A DNA stretch of 64,000 bases from the human T2T-CHM13v2.0 reference genome, Homo sapiens. The stretch lies in the NCBI RefSeq assembly GCF_009914755.1, contig NC_060925.1; one strand, given 5' to 3'. The notes below the pieces were generated by a model, which saw nothing but the letters and a program-made list of their open reading frames with translations, was not told where the DNA came from and ran no database searches. Made by a program: the position numbers and the translations under genes. Below, one piece after another: positions 59,575-64,000 of the stretch (its first letter is position 1; the number at the start of each line of letters is the position of its first letter).

Positions 59575-61301
59575 CTACAAACAAGATAATGGGGAAATTA
59601 CTAACTTTTGTACTATGCATTTCCACCCTGGTACATGAAACAGGACAGCCAGGTATTTACACATACACATTACATGTATTTATGCACACACAGATACATG
59701 CATATTTGTGCATACACATATAAACACACATATTAGTATGAAAAACATACACATACACATTCATATGTAAACAGCTAGTACATCTAAGTATAGACACTTA
59801 TGTATATGGATACACATTTTATTAGTTGAAAATGAAAGCAAGGAAAATCTGGAATTATTTAAAGGAAGAGATTTTGATAAGTGTTGTGTGGGTTTATAAG
59901 AATTGAGCAGTTGTAAAGGAAAAGTCTACAATGAATAACTATTATAAAATATTCTTAACTAAAAATAAATTTCGTTGTGAAATGCCCTTAGGCAAGTGGG
60001 AAAAATTCTTTGCTTAAGAAATTTTTAAAAGGGTTTTCTAAAGCACTGGGGGGTGGGGTTGGGGGTGGGGGGCTCTGTAGAGAGTGACCCAGAAAGGGAC
60101 AGATTAGGTAATTTAATTTCTTTTCTAATGTCAGCAATCCTAACTTTTAAGCACAGTGTCATCCACTTTCTGCTGTTTTCTATTCAACTTAAAATGACAG
60201 TCCAGAGCTGAACAGCATTTGTTCAGTACATTTTATTTGTTCTTTTCTGTCTTTGATTCCAATCCCTATGTGTTCCTTGATGCCAGTGTCTGCAGTAACA
60301 CCTTCCCGTAGAAAGGCTGGCTATGAGTTGGCTTTTTTAGGCATTGCTCAATTCCCACATTTAATGGGCATGAAAGCCACCTTGTGGTTTTGCAGCAAGT
60401 GCCCTAAGGCAGTTGGGAAGAATGGACACAGGAATGAATCTGTTTTCAGTGCACCTCATCTTTCCACTGGGCTTAAACGATTCTGGTATTTAACTGTGCA
60501 TTTAATGACATGATTAGATGGTTTCGGTTGATAAAGCCACTCACCTGATTCAACAGTCAGAGAGAGTAATGACTCTTCAGCATTGGCCTAATCCCAGCTG
60601 AAAGCCAGGCCAGCCACTGGGCCTTTAATCTTACCACTGGCACAAGGGGCTGGGCATAAGTTAGGACCCACCCTTGTAGATCATGGCATCTGTAGCACTC
60701 GGTATCGCCATGCTTGGTGATTAAATGTTTTGAAGATTGACTTAACTTTTTTTTTTCCAGGAAAATGACATTATTGTTTTGTAGAAATGATACAAAAATT
60801 TACATTATATATAAAAGCACAAAGAAGAAACGAGAAATTTATCCCAAATTTCACAATACATTATTTCTCAGAGTTATCATTTGGTAGATGTTAGTCCAGA
60901 CGTGAGAGAGGAATAATAGGATTTTACAAAAATGGAATTAGACTACATTATTTTCTAAAAAACACCATATTTGAATTTTTTCTCAAAAAAGACTTGAAGA
61001 AATGTTTCGTATACAAGGGATATTAATTTCTAAGATTAAAGGCTCTGGAGCCAGAGTAGTTAGGTCCAAATCCTGGTTCTGCCACTTACTAGCTGTGAGA
61101 CCTTGGGCAAAATACTGGGCCTCAGTTTCTCCATCTGATTTACCACTCATTTTAAATTTTCTGTAGTCTTCCCTGTTTGCTTCCTGGATCCTTTACATCT
61201 TTCTGAGCTGAAGTTGGGTGGTGTATCATTACTCTTCTCTTCCTTTATCACACCCCACCCCACCCCAGACAGCTTGCCAGAACAGCCCCCTATTAAGGTA
61301 C

Positions 61302-61445
61302 CTCAGGAGTTGCCGGCAGCAGGGATTTATCAGTCTCACATATAAAGAAGGGTCCAGATGTTGACAGCAACAAGTTCACGGGCAGGGTGGAAATGTTCTT
61401 TACGGCCAAGGGCTGGTAATCAGGTTTCAGGATACTGTTAGGTTT
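61302..61445 (-). CDS. HYDIN: HYDIN/HYDIN2 exon ~22 (144 nt, KPNSILKPDY...LPATPE)
   Basis: Acceptor TTTTTGCAG|AAACCT, donor GAG|GTACCT; phase 0-0. Confidence 0.93.
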
Positions 61446-61558
61446 CTGCAAAAACAGAAAAAGAGGAAACAAATCAACTTATGGTAAATACAGTAAGCTT
61501 TTAGCAACAAGTCTCAGGTTCATTGTTTAGAACAAATTTAGCAATCTTTCTTTTTCTT

Positions 61559-61595
<37 letters not shown>

Positions 61596-61620
61596 ATATA
61601 TATGTAGATGTATACATACA
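61559..61620. repeat. (TG)n(TA)n microsatellite
   Basis: Seen directly. Confidence 0.9.
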
Positions 61621-61658
61621 TTTTTCTCCCTTGTAGAACTTTAGATTAATCATGTGGA

Positions 61659-61955
61659 GGCCGGGCGCAGAGGCTCATGCCTGTAATCCCAGCACTTTGG
61701 GAGGCCGAGGCCAGTGGACTACTTGAGGTCAGGAGTTTGAGACCAGCCTGGCCAACATGGTGAAACCCCGTCTCTGCTAAAAATACAAAAATTAGCCAGT
61801 CATGGTGGCAGGCACCTGTAATCCCAGCTACTTGGGAGGCTGAGGCATGAAGATCACTTGAACCCAGGAGGCAGAGGTGGCACTGAGTCGAGATCACACC
61901 ACTGTACTCCAGCCTGGGTGATAGAGTAGGACTCAGTCTCAAGGAAAAAAAAAAA
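61659..61955 (+). mobile_element. AluSz-like
   Basis: TSD AATCATGTGGA. Confidence 0.9.
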
Positions 61956-62340
61956 GATAAATCATGTGGAATGATGTGTAGTGGACTACTGAAAAGTGGA
62001 CCTACATAACCCAGACAACACAGATTAGATTTTTTTACCCCCTTGGTGCCTAATTGAGAAAACCTACAGAAGCCATGTTTCTGGATAGAACTATTATTAT
62101 AGGGCCTTCCACAGTGTCATAAGACAAAGTCTAAAAAGTTAGTTATATCTTATGCATAAATATAGCTATCATTATAATGAATAAAACATTTTTCCCTTGT
62201 ATAATATTTTTCCAGGCTTAAAATACCTGATTTGCCTATATCTTGTTATACTGACAAATGATCAGACCTATTTCCTGTAAACTTTTCCTGATAATACCAG
62301 GATAGTTGATTTAGAAGTATCTTTTTACTCTGTTAGATAA

Positions 62341-62652
<312 letters not shown>

Positions 62653-64000
62653 CAGATTTAATTTTTCAACTAGAGAAGGCATCGGAAATGAATCTCGAGT
62701 TGAGAGTTTCTGGCCAGACTGGATTTTTCTCATTCTGATGTTGGGGCCCACATTATTTCTTGTATTCCCTAGAAAGAGGGTTCTTTAGTATCATCAGGGG
62801 GTGACCAGGAGCCTCAATCTTTGGCCTCCAAAAAGAACCTCCCTCCAATCATCCCCTGGGTCTTCTGACAATTCTAGTCTGTCTTTCCTAGGCCTCCTTG
62901 TTTTCATTTGCCTTTTCTCTTTGTGCCAATATCAGTTAAGCCCTCCTAATTTCATACTTTGATATGACTCTGTCTTCCAGTTCTATGCCTAGCACAGTCT
63001 TCCTTCCATTGTGGTTCCTGGGTGAGCTCAGGTGGCCAGTGTCCCTTGGCTCGAGCCTCATGCCTTGGTTGTACTCTATGAGTCTCCCTGTGCACTCCCA
63101 GGGTGACTTTAGGGATTAGGTCTGGAGTTTACCATGAGATACCAGCCTTTGTTTCCCTCCCTCTAATATGGGGTAGCATGGAAGCGGACTCACCTTGCCT
63201 CTGCGGGTTGTATACTATGGTTTAGGGAGGGATGAAGCAGTACTCTGGGCCCTACTAAGGCTGCATGGAGAACTGTCCACCCAGTGACCTTCCCTGAAGG
63301 CTGCTGTGTCACTGCAGATGGCTTTGAAGTACAGAAGCCACACTTGGTTGGTTTTGGCAAGAGGCCATTTAGAGGCTACTGATGAGAAGGAGTCAAGTAC
63401 AGAGAGGCCATTCTATTTTAAAATGACCCCTTCTCTTTGAGTTGTTCGTCTCCCCAAATATCAGCAGACAGAATGTGCTGCTGGAACTTCATGAAGAAAA
63501 GTGGCTGCTAGTTTCAATTGACCTTTTCAATCCCACAGAGATGTGGTTTCATCTCCGTGGCTTATGAATGGTACAATAGTTATATAAAGTAGACCAAATC
63601 TGAGGAAACAGCTATAGAAAAATTCTTCCCATAGACAGGGTTGGTACCATTATATTCTAATGTACCAAATCAGATCCACTGCCCTTGAGCTGAAATCAGG
63701 GAGACAGAACAGATAATTGGATGTTATACAATTAAATCTGAATACTGAGACCTAACAAGTCTCTTGCATATGCTGGGTAATGAAGTTGCATTTCTTCATT
63801 GTCCCTGATGTGGATTAAATGTGAGCAGGAAATGAAAATGAAAAATACAGTAATAGGACAGATTTCAAACTTCTCATCTTTGTGGGGAAGGAGAGAAGGG
63901 TGGAAAAAAATAAGCAGGGAACTGTAGCTCAATTCACTTTTTGATTGAATAAGAAGTTACCGCCATATTCCAAATATGTACATATTTTAATCTAGTAATA

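Overview
Human genomic DNA. It holds 15 consecutive coding exons of the axonemal central-pair gene HYDIN, or its near-identical human-specific duplicate HYDIN2, on the minus strand. I number them exons 22-36 from my recollection of the reference transcript. All have GT-AG boundaries and the splice phases join into one uninterrupted frame. The introns are rich in Alu, L1, L2, MaLR LTRs and MITEs. The ~32 kb intron 23 carries a full-length, young L1 (29178-35270, 15-bp TSD, short 3' transduction, ORF1/ORF2 inactivated) inserted antisense to the gene. Its antisense promoter and intact ORF0 point toward exon 24, about 2 kb away. ORF0's second splice donor (phase 2) matches the phase-2 acceptor of exon 24, predicting an in-frame L1-ORF0::HYDIN fusion or gene-breaking transcript. 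Other notable signals are an exon that begins with a perfect 5' splice site (exon 31, a recursive-splicing candidate), a palindromic RFX X-box in a unique CpG-rich intronic patch, and a twin-primed L1 with a partly flank-templated junction filler. Three residues and the L1 suggest, but do not prove, that this is the HYDIN2 copy. Boundaries of old repeats are approximate and subfamily calls were made by eye.
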